From positions 53,086 through 117,085 of the forward strand of contig PLDW01000516.1 of assembly GCA_003136315.1 (NCBI GenBank): a DNA stretch of 64,000 nt, given 5' to 3'. Shown here piece after piece: positions 48,431 to 59,160 of the stretch. Every line of letters starts with the position of its first letter. The first letter of the stretch is position 1. Origin of the DNA: Gemmataceae bacterium. Its GTDB lineage: Bacteria; Planctomycetota; Planctomycetia; Gemmatales; Gemmataceae. A model generated the notes under the pieces. It did not search any database. It was given only the letters and a program-made list of their open reading frames with translations, and was not told where the DNA came from. A program made the position numbers and the translations under genes.

Positions 48431-51124
48431 ATGATCCGCATCTCGCAACAGGATTCTGCCTCCGGAGCCAAGCGTTACTACGCCACGGCGGATTATTACA
48501 GCGAGGGACAGGAACTGGTCGGCTCCTGGGGTGGAAAAGGTGCCACCCGGCTCGGCCTTTCCGGGAAGGTGGACAAACTCTCTTTTGAACGGCTTTGCGA
48601 CAATCTCGACCCGAGGACCGGCGAACCGCTCACGGTGCGAACACGCAGCGAGCGGACGGTCGGCTACGACTTTACCTTCTCCGTGCCGAAGTCGGTCTCG
48701 CTCCTCTACGCCCTGAGCGGCGACCAGGGCATTCTGGATGCCTTCCGGGGCGCGGTCGATGAGACGATGCGGGAGATGGAAGCGGAGATGAAAACCCGCG
48801 TCCGCAAGGATTTTCAGGACACCGACCGCACGACTGGCAACATGGTCTGGGCGGAATTCATCCACACCACGTCGCGGCCGGTGGACGGAATCCCCGACCC
48901 GCAATTGCACGCCCATTGCTTTGTCTTCAACACCACCTGGGACCAGGACGAACAGCGATGGAAGGCGGGCCAATTCCGCGAGTTGAAGCGGGACGCCCCG
49001 TATTTCCAGGCGGCATTCCGGGTCAGGCTCGCGAACAAGCTCCAGGACATCGGCTTTGGCGTTGAGCGTAAGCGGGATGATTTCGAGATCGCAGGCATTC
49101 CAGCCGATGTGCTGAAACGTTTCTCGCGGCGAACCGCCCTGATCGAGAAGCTGGCCGAGGAGAAGGGCATCACCGATCCCGACCGCAAGGCCGAACTCGG
49201 GGCCGAAAGCCGTGAGAACAAGCAAAAAGCGCTGAGTTGGGAGGCGCTACGCAAGGAATGGAATTCCCGCCTGGCCGATCCCGAACGCCGGGAGCTGGCT
49301 CTGGTTCACGGACGCGAACGTAAAGCGGTGCGGCCGCAGCGCGGCGAGGCAAAAGCGGTCGATCATGCCATCGAGCACAGTTTCGTCCGCGAGGCGGTAC
49401 TCCCCGAACGCAAGCTGCTGACCGAGGCCCTGAAGCGTGGGATTGGCGCGGTGACGGTGGACGGCGTGACAGGCGAGATGCGGGGTCGTCCCCTGATCCG
49501 TAGCGAGGTGGAGGGCCGCAAAATGGCGACGACGAAAGAGATGGTGGCCCTGGAGTCGCGGCTGATCGATTTCGCCCGCAGTGGCCGGGGTAAATGCCGT
49601 CCGCTCGGCGATTCCAAGCGGCCCTGCTCCCGGGACTGGTTCAACGAAGGGCAGAAGGCGGCTGTGCGTCATGCCCTCGGGTCGCGCGACCGGGTGATGA
49701 TTATCCGCGGCGTGGCCGGCACCGGGAAAACCACCCTCGAACAGGAAATCGGCGAAGCGTTGGCCGAAGCGGGAAAGCCGGTCGTCGCCCTGGCCCAGTC
49801 GGTCAAGGCCAGCCGGGAAGTGCTCTGCGAGGAAGCGGGCTTTGCCACGGCCGATACCGTTGCACGCTTCCAGCAGGATCAGGGGATGCAGGAAGCGGCC
49901 AGAAACGGCGTGATCCTGGTCGATGAAGCCAGCCAGCTTGGCACGCGCGACATGCTGAAAGTGTTCGAGGTGGCCGAACGGGTCAACGCCAGAGTGCTCC
50001 TCGTCGGCGACCGTAGGCAGCACCGCTCCGTCACGGCGGGGGAGCCGCTCCGGCTCCTGGAGGAAAGAGCAGGCTTACGCGTCGCCGAGGTCACGGAAAT
50101 CCTTCGCCAGCAGGGCGACTACAAGAAAGTGGCCGAGGCGCTGAGCGAAGGACGGATGGGAGATGCGATGGCGGAACTCGACAAGCTCGGCTGGATCAAG
50201 CAGGTGCCGGGCGGTGAACGCGACAAGCAACTGGCCGAAGCCTACCTGGCCGCCGTCGCCGAAAAGAAACGTGGCGGGGCACACAAGACGGCCCTCGTCG
50301 TGTCTCCGACGCATGCCGAGGCCAATCGAATCACGGCAGCCATTCGTGCCAGCCTCAAGGTGCTGGGTAGGCTGGCCAAAGAACGCATCATAAACGCATG
50401 GGTTCCGGCCCACCTGACCGATGCCCAGAAAGCCGACCCGACCCAGTATGACCCAGGCGACCTGATTCAGTTTCATCAGAACGCACCCGGTTACACGAAG
50501 GGATCGCGCCTGGTGGTGGAGGATGGGGTCGTACCGCCCGTCGAGCTTGCCAAGCGGTTCGAGGCGTACCGGGCGGTGCAGCTCGCGTTGGGCATAGGCG
50601 ACCGAGTTCGCGTGACGGCCGGGGGCAAGACCAAGGATGGCAAGCATCGCCTCAGCAATGGCTCATTGTTGACTGTCGCGGGATTCACCAAAGGCGGCGA
50701 CCTCATCGTCGATCACGGCTGGGTCATTGATCGGGATTTCGGCCATCTGACCCACGGCTATGTCGCGACCAGCCACGCCAGCCAGGGCGTGACGGTAGAC
50801 AAGGTGTTTATCGGCGTGTCCAGCGAGTCCTTCCCGGCGACCTACCAGCGGACGGCGTATGTGGCGGTGACGCGGGGCAAGGAACAGGCGCAGATTTTTA
50901 CCGACGACACCAACGAACTGTTCAGGGCGATGAGCCGGAAAGATGAACCGATGTCGGCGACGAACCTTGCCGAATCGACCAAGAAGCAACCCGCTTCGCC
51001 GAAGCGATTGGCAAAAACCTTGACGACGGCCCAGCAGCTTGCTGCCGCCCGGAACTACGATGCCTTGCGGCAGGGCAATGCGGCCCGCTCTACGCCTGAG
51101 AGGGAGATGAGCCATGATCGATAA
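48431..51124 (+). CDS. mobF: MobF/TrwC-family conjugative relaxase-helicase
   Basis: KRYYATADYY tyrosine pairs, DFTFSVPKSVS, HTTSR..DPQLHAH (HUH), GVAGTGKT, LVDEAS, HGYVATSHASQGVT, YVAVTRG. Confidence 0.96.
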   Translation: MIRISQQDSASGAKRYYATADYYSEGQELVGSWGGKGATRLGLSGKVDKLSFERLCDNLDPRTGEPLTVRTRSERTVGYDFTFSVPKSVSLLYALSGDQGILDAFRGAVDETMREMEAEMKTRVRKDFQDTDRTTGNMVWAEFIHTTSRPVDGIPDPQLHAHCFVFNTTWDQDEQRWKAGQFRELKRDAPYFQAAFRVRLANKLQDIGFGVERKRDDFEIAGIPADVLKRFSRRTALIEKLAEEKGITDPDRKAELGAESRENKQKALSWEALRKEWNSRLADPERRELALVHGRERKAVRPQRGEAKAVDHAIEHSFVREAVLPERKLLTEALKRGIGAVTVDGVTGEMRGRPLIRSEVEGRKMATTKEMVALESRLIDFARSGRGKCRPLGDSKRPCSRDWFNEGQKAAVRHALGSRDRVMIIRGVAGTGKTTLEQEIGEALAEAGKPVVALAQSVKASREVLCEEAGFATADTVARFQQDQGMQEAARNGVILVDEASQLGTRDMLKVFEVAERVNARVLLVGDRRQHRSVTAGEPLRLLEERAGLRVAEVTEILRQQGDYKKVAEALSEGRMGDAMAELDKLGWIKQVPGGERDKQLAEAYLAAVAEKKRGGAHKTALVVSPTHAEANRITAAIRASLKVLGRLAKERIINAWVPAHLTDAQKADPTQYDPGDLIQFHQNAPGYTKGSRLVVEDGVVPPVELAKRFEAYRAVQLALGIGDRVRVTAGGKTKDGKHRLSNGSLLTVAGFTKGGDLIVDHGWVIDRDFGHLTHGYVATSHASQGVTVDKVFIGVSSESFPATYQRTAYVAVTRGKEQAQIFTDDTNELFRAMSRKDEPMSATNLAESTKKQPASPKRLAKTLTTAQQLAAARNYDALRQGNAARSTPEREMSHDR

Positions 51125-51638
51125 GCCACCACCGCGGGATCGGCTGAAAGAAATCCTGCACTCGAAGCGCGCCTCCCTGCCGCCTGCGACACAGGAGGCG
51201 GAGATCGAGGGGGTGGAAGCCAAATGCGAGGCGTTCGGCTACCTGCGCGGCCTCCGGGAGTCGTCGGCTTCGCTGGAGTTCCGCTTCCGCGATGGCAATA
51301 GCAGTTTCTTCAGTTATGGCTTGCTCGGCTCCTGGCAGTTCAACCCCTCCGAGGGGCTCCTCCTGAAATTCACCGGTGACGTGGTTACGCATATCCTGAT
51401 CCGTGGCAGCAACCTGGATAAGCCGTTGAACGAAGGAGCGATCAACCTCACCAATGCCGGCTTGCAAAGACACCGAGTGCTGTGGATTCGCGAGATGTCG
51501 CAAGAGGAGATCGAGCGGGTGGGCGAGACCGGGCCTACCATCGACTCTATCGAGGTTGGGGAATTCGCCTCATACGAAGAGCGCCGCGAATGGATCAAGA
51601 AGAAAGCCCCGGCGTTCCTTCCCGGGCCGGGGGTGTAG
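51114..51638 (+). CDS. hypothetical protein coupled to the relaxase
   Basis: Overlaps relaxase stop; GGGAG RBS. Confidence 0.75.
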   Translation: MIDKPPPRDRLKEILHSKRASLPPATQEAEIEGVEAKCEAFGYLRGLRESSASLEFRFRDGNSSFFSYGLLGSWQFNPSEGLLLKFTGDVVTHILIRGSNLDKPLNEGAINLTNAGLQRHRVLWIREMSQEEIERVGETGPTIDSIEVGEFASYEERREWIKKKAPAFLPGPGV

Positions 51639-51948
51639 GGTGCAAAGACCACGTTATCCTCGATCAAGCCTTGGCCGCCTAGCGAGGCACATGAACCGTC
51701 TCCCCGCCTCCTGTGAGGAAACCTCAAGAAAACACTGCCCAAATCGCCAATGCCGGTGTGCAAGTCGACTACTCCTTCAAAAATGTGATGGCACATTGAA
51801 TGCTGGGGCGAACTGGGCGTGTGCGGTAGCTCTGAGTGAGGGCGGAGGCGCGGAACGGTGACCTGTGTAACCTTCATGGCTTGCAGACTTTAAGGCCAAC
51901 GTGATGGGCTGGATCGGGCGTCGGGCCATTCATTGCATGGGTGATTCC

Positions 51949-54294
51949 ATGAGCAGCGACGAACAAGAGCGTTCAAGACAAAGTGAACATCAAGATAATA
52001 TAAATGTACATATCAACGCTATTAAAGACTCCAACTGGGAAGTACGCTCAAAGGCGGTCATGACTCTGGTGAAGATCGGCGTCCTCGCTGTACCGGCTCT
52101 CATTGAAGCGTTGAACGATCCCGACGAGGGAGTTCGCGGTTTAGCCGCCTGGTCACTTGAGAGGATCGGCAGTCCGACGGGGAAGGCAGTCCTCGCCCTG
52201 ATCAAAGCGATGAAAGATCCCAGTGAGAATGTGCGCAAATCGGCATTCGCGGCGCTAGGGCAAATCACTGGCTCGGAGGCGGCGACGGCAGTACCAGCCC
52301 TGATGGAAACACTAAAAGATCCCTTCCCAGATGCCCCAAGATTATCAGCGGAGAGACTTGCCAGGACAGATGTACGTATGTTGGCTGCTCAGGCACTGGG
52401 ACAGATTGGTAAACCCGCGACAGCGGCCATTCCCGTCTTGATCGAAGCACTGAATTATCCCGATCAGCAAGTCAACCGTTGGGCAGCCTGGGCGCTGGTG
52501 GAGATCGGTGGTGCAACGGCGGTCTCTGCCTTGTTCGCAATGTCGAAGCCTCCCGATGAGAGAAGCTGTGACTTGGCGATCAGGGCCTTGGAGCATAGCG
52601 GTGGCCCTGCGGCAACCGTCCCCGTCCTAATCGAAGCACTGAAATATCCCGATTGGAGCGTCCGTCATTGGGTGACCGATGCACTGGGGAATACCGGCAG
52701 CCCGGAGACGGCTCTCCCCGCCCTGATCGAAGCACTGATATTACCCGACGAGGGAGTCCGCATAGCAGCGGCCTGGGCACTGGGGAAGATCGGCGCCCCG
52801 GCGGCGACGGCCGTTCCCGCACTGACCGCAGCAATAAAAGATACAATCACAGACGTCAGAGAATGGGCAATCGAGGCACTGGGGAAAATCGGCGGCCCGG
52901 CGGCGGAAGCAGTCCCCGCACTGATCGAAGCGATAAGAGATCCCCGCGAGCAAGTTCGCAACTTGGCATTCGAGGCACTGGGGAAGATCGGTGACCAGGC
53001 GGTGGCGGTCCCTACACTGATCGAAACACTGGAGATCCAAGACGCGGGAGTCCGTGCTTGGGTGGCCAAGGCGCTGGGGAAGATCGGCGCCCCGGCAGTT
53101 GCGGCCGTCCCCGCACTGACCACAGCAACAAAAGATCAGGACGTGCGCGTCCGCGACTCGGCATTCAAGGCACTGGGGATGATTGGTAGCCCGGCGGTGG
53201 CAGCCATCCCCGCACTGATCGAAGCTGTTAAATTACCCTTCCGTGGCATACGCATCTTGGCAGCTGAGGCACTGGGGATGATTGGTGGCCCGGCAGCGGT
53301 CGCCGCCGTCCCTGCCCTAATCGAAGCGGCAAGAGATCCCTTCGGAGACGTCAGTGCATCGGCATTGGAGGCACTGGGGCAGCTCGGCAATGTGGCGGAG
53401 GCGGCCATCCCCTCTCTGACCGATATGTTAAAATATCACTTCTTTAATACCCGTGAATTTGCGGTTGTGACACTACAGCGGATTGGTGGTCTAACATCTG
53501 TCATATTTGCACTGATCGAAGTACTTCGATCTCCCCACGCAAGAGCCCGCACTTGGGCGGCCAACGCGTTGGGGGCTATCGGTGGTCAGGCTGCGACCGC
53601 TGTCCCTGCCCTCGTCGCCGCCCTCAGGGATTCAGACGAGGTTGTCCGTGGGTCAGCAGTGGAAGCTTTGGTGAAGATCGGGGCTCCGCCAGAGGTCACA
53701 GTTCCCGCCTTCATTGGCGTCCTTGACGACACTAATGAAGATAACAGTCAGAATACTGCTTTGGCCTTGACAAGGATTGGGACTCCGGCAGTTCCTGCAC
53801 TTTACGAGGCCATACACCATTCAAATGCAATGGTTCGCTCGGCAGCGACCAGAATCTTAGCACTGATCGCACCAGAGAAGTTGATAGATGAGAAACCAAC
53901 ACCCAGCGGCATCGGCCGGATGGCGAAGGCTTATGACTTGAAGGAGGCATTGAAACTGTTTTATCGCATTGGCGCATTGTGTCTGGATGAATATGAAGGG
54001 AAATTTTCCTTCCGGCAGGTAGCTCCAGTGATTGACCTCAGCGAGCCGACAATCCGGGAGATGATGACAGATGTGACTGACTTCTTCCGAGACTACTTCT
54101 CACTGCACGGCCATCCGCCGGAACGAGGTCCGTTCGTGGCGGCTCCAGACGACGCAACGGTCTCATGGAAGGAAAAGATTATTCAGCGGTCGGAGCGACG
54201 GCAGTCGCGAATCTGTGAGCCGTTCGGCCGGTGGGCTTGGGAGTTGACCCGCGACTTTCTCATTGCAATTCACGCTCTTTCTTCACCAGCATGA
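51949..54294 (+). CDS. HEAT (PBS-lyase-like) repeat protein with C-terminal wHTH-like domain
   Basis: About 20 ~31-aa repeats of the AVPALIEAL.D...VR..A..ALGKIG type; tail FSFRQVAPVIDLSEPTIREMM. Confidence 0.88.
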   Translation: MSSDEQERSRQSEHQDNINVHINAIKDSNWEVRSKAVMTLVKIGVLAVPALIEALNDPDEGVRGLAAWSLERIGSPTGKAVLALIKAMKDPSENVRKSAFAALGQITGSEAATAVPALMETLKDPFPDAPRLSAERLARTDVRMLAAQALGQIGKPATAAIPVLIEALNYPDQQVNRWAAWALVEIGGATAVSALFAMSKPPDERSCDLAIRALEHSGGPAATVPVLIEALKYPDWSVRHWVTDALGNTGSPETALPALIEALILPDEGVRIAAAWALGKIGAPAATAVPALTAAIKDTITDVREWAIEALGKIGGPAAEAVPALIEAIRDPREQVRNLAFEALGKIGDQAVAVPTLIETLEIQDAGVRAWVAKALGKIGAPAVAAVPALTTATKDQDVRVRDSAFKALGMIGSPAVAAIPALIEAVKLPFRGIRILAAEALGMIGGPAAVAAVPALIEAARDPFGDVSASALEALGQLGNVAEAAIPSLTDMLKYHFFNTREFAVVTLQRIGGLTSVIFALIEVLRSPHARARTWAANALGAIGGQAATAVPALVAALRDSDEVVRGSAVEALVKIGAPPEVTVPAFIGVLDDTNEDNSQNTALALTRIGTPAVPALYEAIHHSNAMVRSAATRILALIAPEKLIDEKPTPSGIGRMAKAYDLKEALKLFYRIGALCLDEYEGKFSFRQVAPVIDLSEPTIREMMTDVTDFFRDYFSLHGHPPERGPFVAAPDDATVSWKEKIIQRSERRQSRICEPFGRWAWELTRDFLIAIHALSSPA

Positions 54295-54367
54295 CATATT
54301 GCTTGACAGATATAACTAAACATAATTAAAATTAGATTGTTTTAATATATACCCATATGTTTTTCTA

Positions 54368-54775
54368 ATGACTGGGATTGAGCCGCAGATTGATTTTACT
54401 CAAATCGAGTTTCCAACCGACAAACTCACAATTAAGATGGTGCGATCAATTTATCCGTGGGCGTTCGACCGTCCAGCGGCATTACCCGAAAACAGAACTT
54501 ACTTTTATGGCCGTGCCAGCATCGAGAATGCGTTGGGTGGACTCATCGATTGCGAGCGACGTTTGGCAGTGCTGGAGTTTAAACGCGTGCTGAACTTGCC
54601 GCTCACAACAGAGGAAAGAAAGATCGGTCGCGCGAGTTTGGCTGAAACTCTGGTCGATGAATATGTCCATCTCGGCTTGGCTTCGGGAGACCACCACGCC
54701 GAACAACTCATACGTGATCTCGAATCTCAAGTCTCTGCACAAGCTCAAAGCCACGTCGGTCGCCGGTCACCATAA
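54368..54775 (+). CDS. hypothetical protein
   Basis: 135-aa ORF after an AT-rich promoter-like stretch. Confidence 0.6.
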   Translation: MTGIEPQIDFTQIEFPTDKLTIKMVRSIYPWAFDRPAALPENRTYFYGRASIENALGGLIDCERRLAVLEFKRVLNLPLTTEERKIGRASLAETLVDEYVHLGLASGDHHAEQLIRDLESQVSAQAQSHVGRRSP

Positions 54776-55146
54776 TTGGCTCCCAAGAACCCGCTCACTG
54801 GCTGCGCAAATCCGATTGCGCAGAACGCCAACTGGTATTCCCCAATCGTATAAAAAAGTAGTCAGGAGGGGGAGCGGAGAGTCCAACCAGATCCCTCCCT
54901 GACCGAACAACCAACGAATCCTACGTTCCGTGGCACCCCAATATCACAACGGCGACCCTATGCCGTTGGCGTCATCGGTGCGTGCCGGGAGGCTGACCAT
55001 GTCCGACGATGCCCTGATCTCCTGAATCTTAGATCGAAATGACACGAAGGTTCGTACATGCTTATGGCACACCTTTCGGCCACCCTCCTGGATAGCTGGG
55101 GAGGTAGCCAGAAACTCGAAGCTCACCCGATAAGGGAGAATAAGAC

Positions 55147-55947
55147 ATGCCAATGCAAAGCACAACCAAGCCGCTCGCGTTCTTCAAGCCTGACCCCAAT
55201 CAGCCCAGAAAACACTTCGACGAGGCCGCGCTGCGGGCGCTCGGTGAATCGCTCAAGGTTCGCCAGAATGAACCGATCCAGATCAGACCTGACGGCACCA
55301 TCATCGACGGCGAGCGCCGATGGCGGGCGGCCAAACTCGTCGGGCTGGAAAAGCTCGATGCCATTATCACCGATGCAGCGCTGACGGACACCCAGATTAG
55401 CGTAATCCGGCTGACCACTTTCTTCCACCGGGAAGACCTTACCGCATGGGAGAAATGGAACGCCTCCGAGCAGATTCTCGAACTGAACCCTGGCTGGCAG
55501 GGCAAAGACCTTGCTGCTCACCTCCACATTGACGCCTCGATGGTCACCCGGCTGCTGTCCCCGTCCAGGTGCATTCCGGCGTGGCAAGACGCATTAAAAG
55601 CTGGCAGTGTCGGAGTTTCTGATGTGTACGCCGCCAGCAAGCTGCCCGAATCCGAACAGGCCGGGCTTCTCGCCCTGAAACTGTCCGGTGCCAGCCGCGA
55701 CCAGATCGAGGCCGCAGGGCGGAAGACACGCACAGCGGCAGCTTCTCCCTCGGTCAAGGTCAACAAGGTCAAGTGCGTCCTTCCCTCGGGTGTGCAGATC
55801 GTCGTCTCCGGCGACGGGGTGTCGCTCGAATCGAGTATCGACGCCCTGACCGAAGCCATCCGCGAAATGAGGCGGGCGAAAGACCTCGGCTACACGGCCA
55901 AGACCTTCGCCGCCGCGATGAAGGATAAAGCCCGCAAGGCGGGCTGA
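55147..55947 (+). CDS. parB: ParB/RepB/Spo0J-family protein
   Basis: PDPNQPRKHFDEAALRALGESL..QNEPI..IIDGERRWRAA..REDL. Confidence 0.9.
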   Translation: MPMQSTTKPLAFFKPDPNQPRKHFDEAALRALGESLKVRQNEPIQIRPDGTIIDGERRWRAAKLVGLEKLDAIITDAALTDTQISVIRLTTFFHREDLTAWEKWNASEQILELNPGWQGKDLAAHLHIDASMVTRLLSPSRCIPAWQDALKAGSVGVSDVYAASKLPESEQAGLLALKLSGASRDQIEAAGRKTRTAAASPSVKVNKVKCVLPSGVQIVVSGDGVSLESSIDALTEAIREMRRAKDLGYTAKTFAAAMKDKARKAG

Positions 55948-55985
55948 TAACCGTGTTTCGTAACCTCTGTCACAAGGAGTTGGCG

Positions 55986-56108
55986 ATGGAAGGGCCCATG
56001 ATCATCATGCTGATCGGATTGTTTGCGATCGGGCGGCTGGTGTGCAAGCACCCGAACACTTCGGGCAAGGTCGCCAGGGGCATCTTGGGGAGCCTCTTCC
56101 GCAAGTGA
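55986..56108 (+). CDS. 40-aa small membrane protein
   Basis: AAGGAG RBS; MEGPMIIMLIGLFAIGRLVCKHP...LFRK; not in the ORF track. Confidence 0.55.
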   Translation: MEGPMIIMLIGLFAIGRLVCKHPNTSGKVARGILGSLFRK

Positions 56109-56152
56109 CCCACGGTAGGGGCAAGGACGCCCTCATCCTTTCGGGAGGTACC

Positions 56153-57880
56153 ATGTACGTTCTGATGCGACTCGCCCTGAGATTGAGCCTCCTGCTCCTG
56201 GGCTATGTCTGCGTGCTGACGGTGATCGTCATCCCCTATGCCTGGGTGGTGGCGGTCATCGCTGCCCTCGCCCTCCTTCGCCGCCGACGGCACAGTTTGT
56301 CCGCCTATGGGACAGCGAGCTGGGCGAGTGCCGAGGACATCCCCCATCTGCTCGACGGTAACGGCCTCATGGTCGGGCATCTCGACGGCAAGATCGGTCG
56401 GGTCGAAGGCGTCAAGGCATTGTTCAATCCGCGATTGCGTGCCAAGGATGCCTGCAAGACCTTTCTCGCTTCCTGCCAGGGAAAACAGCCAAAGCGGACC
56501 GTTCGGCTCACCAATGCCGTCCACACGGCGGTATTTGCCCCAACCGGCGTCGGCAAGGGCGTGTCCTGCGTCGTCCCGTTCCTGCTTACCTGCCGCGACT
56601 CGATGGTGGTGATCGATTTCAAGGGAGAGAACACCCTCCTGACCGCACAGGCGCGGCGGAAGATGGGGCACCGGGTGGTCGTGATCGACCCGTTCAAGAT
56701 CACGACACGAAAGCCCGATACGTTCAACCCGCTGGAGTTCATCGACAGGGATGCCGCGACCGCAATTGACGAATGCCGCGACCTGGCCGAGGCGTTGGTG
56801 GTCAGGACCGGGCAGGAAAAAGACCCACACTGGAATGACGCCGGCGAGATTTTTATCGCGGCCATGACCTCGATGGCCGTGGCTTTCGCCGAGGGTAGCG
56901 ACAAGAACCTGCAATCGGTCCGGTCGCTCCTGACCGATCCGGACAAGATGCAAGCGGCAATCAAGATGATGTGCGAGTCACCGGATATCTGGGAGGGAAT
57001 GCTCTCCCGCCTCGGCAACCAACTGACCCAATTCAAAGATAAAGAACTGGCCAGTTGCTTAACCACAACCAATCGCTTCATGCGGTTTCTGGACACGATC
57101 GCGGTTTCGGACAGCACCCGCAAGAGCAGCTTTACTCCCGCCGACCTGCTCAAGGGCAAGATGACCGTATTCCTCGTGCTGCCGCCCGAGCACCAACGGG
57201 CACAGTCTCCTCTGCTTCGGCTATGGATCGGCTCGATGCTGCGGGCGGTGGTGAAAGGCGGGTTGCAGGAGAAGACCAAGGTGCATTTCGTCCTGGACGA
57301 AGCCGCCTCGTTGGGACACATGGAATCCCTCGACGACGCGGTAGACAAGTACCGGGGCTATGGGGTCAGGCTCCAGCTTTACTACCAGTCCCTCGGCCAG
57401 CTCAAGAAATGTTGGCCGGAAGGCCAGGAACAGACGTTGCTCAGCAACACGACGCAGGTGTTTTTCGGCGTCAACGACCAGCAAACAGCGGAATATGTGA
57501 GCAATCGTTTGGGTGAATATACGCAGATCGTCACGAGCGGCGGCACGAGCTATGGCGGTTCGGCGCAGCAATCGACCGGGCAGGGGACCAGTTCCAGCTA
57601 CAGCCGGTCCTGGAACGCCAACGACAACTGGCAGCAGGCGGGTCGCAAGCTGCTCAAGCCCGAGGAAGTCGCAGGGCTCTCGGAACGCATCGCCATCACC
57701 TTCACGCCCGGAGTCCCGCCCATCTGGACGTGGCTGGTTCGCTACTACGAGGCCGGGTTCAAAACGAAGCAAGGGATCGGTCCGGTGAAGTCGGTCATCG
57801 ATACGGCGTGCCTGTTCCTGACCGCCGCCATGTTCGCCGTGCTGGCAACGGCGTTAGTCATCCCTCAACCCTACAGGTGA
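56153..57880 (+). CDS. virD4: type IV coupling protein, VirD4/TraG family
   Basis: Two N-terminal TM helices, APTGVGKG, VIDFKGE, FVLDEAASLG, YQSLGQL; GGAGGT RBS before ATG 56153. Confidence 0.93.
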   Translation: MYVLMRLALRLSLLLLGYVCVLTVIVIPYAWVVAVIAALALLRRRRHSLSAYGTASWASAEDIPHLLDGNGLMVGHLDGKIGRVEGVKALFNPRLRAKDACKTFLASCQGKQPKRTVRLTNAVHTAVFAPTGVGKGVSCVVPFLLTCRDSMVVIDFKGENTLLTAQARRKMGHRVVVIDPFKITTRKPDTFNPLEFIDRDAATAIDECRDLAEALVVRTGQEKDPHWNDAGEIFIAAMTSMAVAFAEGSDKNLQSVRSLLTDPDKMQAAIKMMCESPDIWEGMLSRLGNQLTQFKDKELASCLTTTNRFMRFLDTIAVSDSTRKSSFTPADLLKGKMTVFLVLPPEHQRAQSPLLRLWIGSMLRAVVKGGLQEKTKVHFVLDEAASLGHMESLDDAVDKYRGYGVRLQLYYQSLGQLKKCWPEGQEQTLLSNTTQVFFGVNDQQTAEYVSNRLGEYTQIVTSGGTSYGGSAQQSTGQGTSSSYSRSWNANDNWQQAGRKLLKPEEVAGLSERIAITFTPGVPPIWTWLVRYYEAGFKTKQGIGPVKSVIDTACLFLTAAMFAVLATALVIPQPYR

Positions 57881-57883
57881 ACC

Positions 57884-58180
57884 ATGTCGAGCAAGAAGTT
57901 TTTCGAGCAACTCAAGGATGGCCAGGAGCCCAGCCTGATGGAGACGATCCGGGAAGCCGCTTCTGCCATCAGGGAAGCCGCAGGGCAAGTCTGGGACGGG
58001 GCCAAACCGATGTTCGACCACGGAAGAACCGAGGCTGCCGCCGCGTTATTCCACGGGGCCACGGGGCATGTCATGTACATGCACGGGCAGGAAGGGATCG
58101 AGCAGGGCCAGGATCAGGTGCAAGGCCGTGAGGCCATGCAACCGCCGGAAGTTGAACGGGATACGGGACGGGAACTCTAA
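57884..58180 (+). CDS. hypothetical protein of the mobilisation cluster
   Basis: Starts 3 bp after the coupling-protein stop. Confidence 0.7.
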   Translation: MSSKKFFEQLKDGQEPSLMETIREAASAIREAAGQVWDGAKPMFDHGRTEAAAALFHGATGHVMYMHGQEGIEQGQDQVQGREAMQPPEVERDTGREL

Positions 58181-58198
58181 CCAATCAGGAGTCGAGCC

Positions 58199-58366
58199 AT
58201 GTTGTTCGCAGATCTCGTGGGCGAAGCCTTCACGTACCTGATGCTTCTCCTCGCCCTGGCCATGATCACCGGGAAGCACTTCCTGTCCAAGCTGGACTCG
58301 AATGGTGCCATCAAGGAAGCCGCAAAGCAGAAGGCCGTCTCCACGGTCCTCAAATGGTTCAAGTAA
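58199..58366 (+). CDS. 55-aa small membrane protein
   Basis: AGGAG RBS; MLFADLVGEAFTYLMLLLALAMITGKHF...WFK; not in the ORF track. Confidence 0.6.
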   Translation: MLFADLVGEAFTYLMLLLALAMITGKHFLSKLDSNGAIKEAAKQKAVSTVLKWFK

Positions 58367-58409
58367 CCCCACCGGGGCACGCCCAGCCCCCTTACTCAGG
58401 AGAACGACG

Positions 58410-58721
58410 ATGTACGTATTCACCCAGCTTCTCGTGGCGATGATCGGTGCGAGCGTGGTGATTACCATCGCTTCGCGTCTCTGGTTCAATATCCGCTGGC
58501 ACATGTTCGGATGGCGGCCCAAAATCTTCGACGAAGCGAGAGTCACGAACACGGTCAGGGAGTGCGCGGAGGAGGCGGTGTCCAATGACGCCCGCGATTA
58601 CGAGGAAACGCAGGGCTATGAGATGCCCGAGGACGACAAGCGGGCGCATCTGCTTCGCGTACAAGCGGCGTTCCGCCTGGTGATCGAGCGTTACATCAAG
58701 GACTTCTCCCAGAAGCTGTAA
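58410..58721 (+). CDS. membrane-anchored hypothetical protein
   Basis: AGGAG RBS; N-terminal hydrophobic helix MYVFTQLLVAMIGASVVITIA. Confidence 0.65.
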   Translation: MYVFTQLLVAMIGASVVITIASRLWFNIRWHMFGWRPKIFDEARVTNTVRECAEEAVSNDARDYEETQGYEMPEDDKRAHLLRVQAAFRLVIERYIKDFSQKL

Positions 58722-58823
58722 CAAGTGCCTTGCGATGCAAGACTTCCTATCCGCTCGATCATTACCGGCATTACCCCCTGAGGCGGGTCGCTCTACCAAC
58801 CCGCCTTACTTTGGAGATCGATC

Positions 58824-59027
58824 ATGATTACGATTTTCCTGACATTCATTCTGACGACTTGCCTTTACGGCTGCGTGTTACTCCTGGCTTGCCGCAGGGT
58901 CGCAAGACATCTTCGAGGGAACCAGGAGGCAGTCAAGGCGGTGACCGAGCACGTGTTGCTGCCTGTGTTCGGGCGGCAGGACGAGCAAGAGCCGGTGGAG
59001 GAGAGGCCGAAAGAGCCGCTACCGTAG
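58824..59027 (+). CDS. small membrane protein
   Basis: GGAG RBS; hydrophobic N-terminus. Confidence 0.6.
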   Translation: MITIFLTFILTTCLYGCVLLLACRRVARHLRGNQEAVKAVTEHVLLPVFGRQDEQEPVEERPKEPLP

Positions 59028-59160
59028 GCGGAGTGTGAATCGCCCTGCAACATCAATGTGAAGAACTGATCCAACAATGGCCGGGCGTGGGAATGCTCCC
59101 TGCCAGGACCATCGGGGGCGGGGACAGCCGACCCGCCTGGTCATTCTGGGAGAGACTGGG

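Noticed and set aside
51949-53870. Nucleotide tandem repeats (gcactggggaagatcgg...) as a repeat array or diversity-generating element
   Set aside because: They are in-frame HEAT coding repeats; no reverse transcriptase is seen in the window.
55970-57772. Minus-strand ORFs of 327, 347 and 183 aa
   Set aside because: Antisense shadows of the coupling-protein gene.
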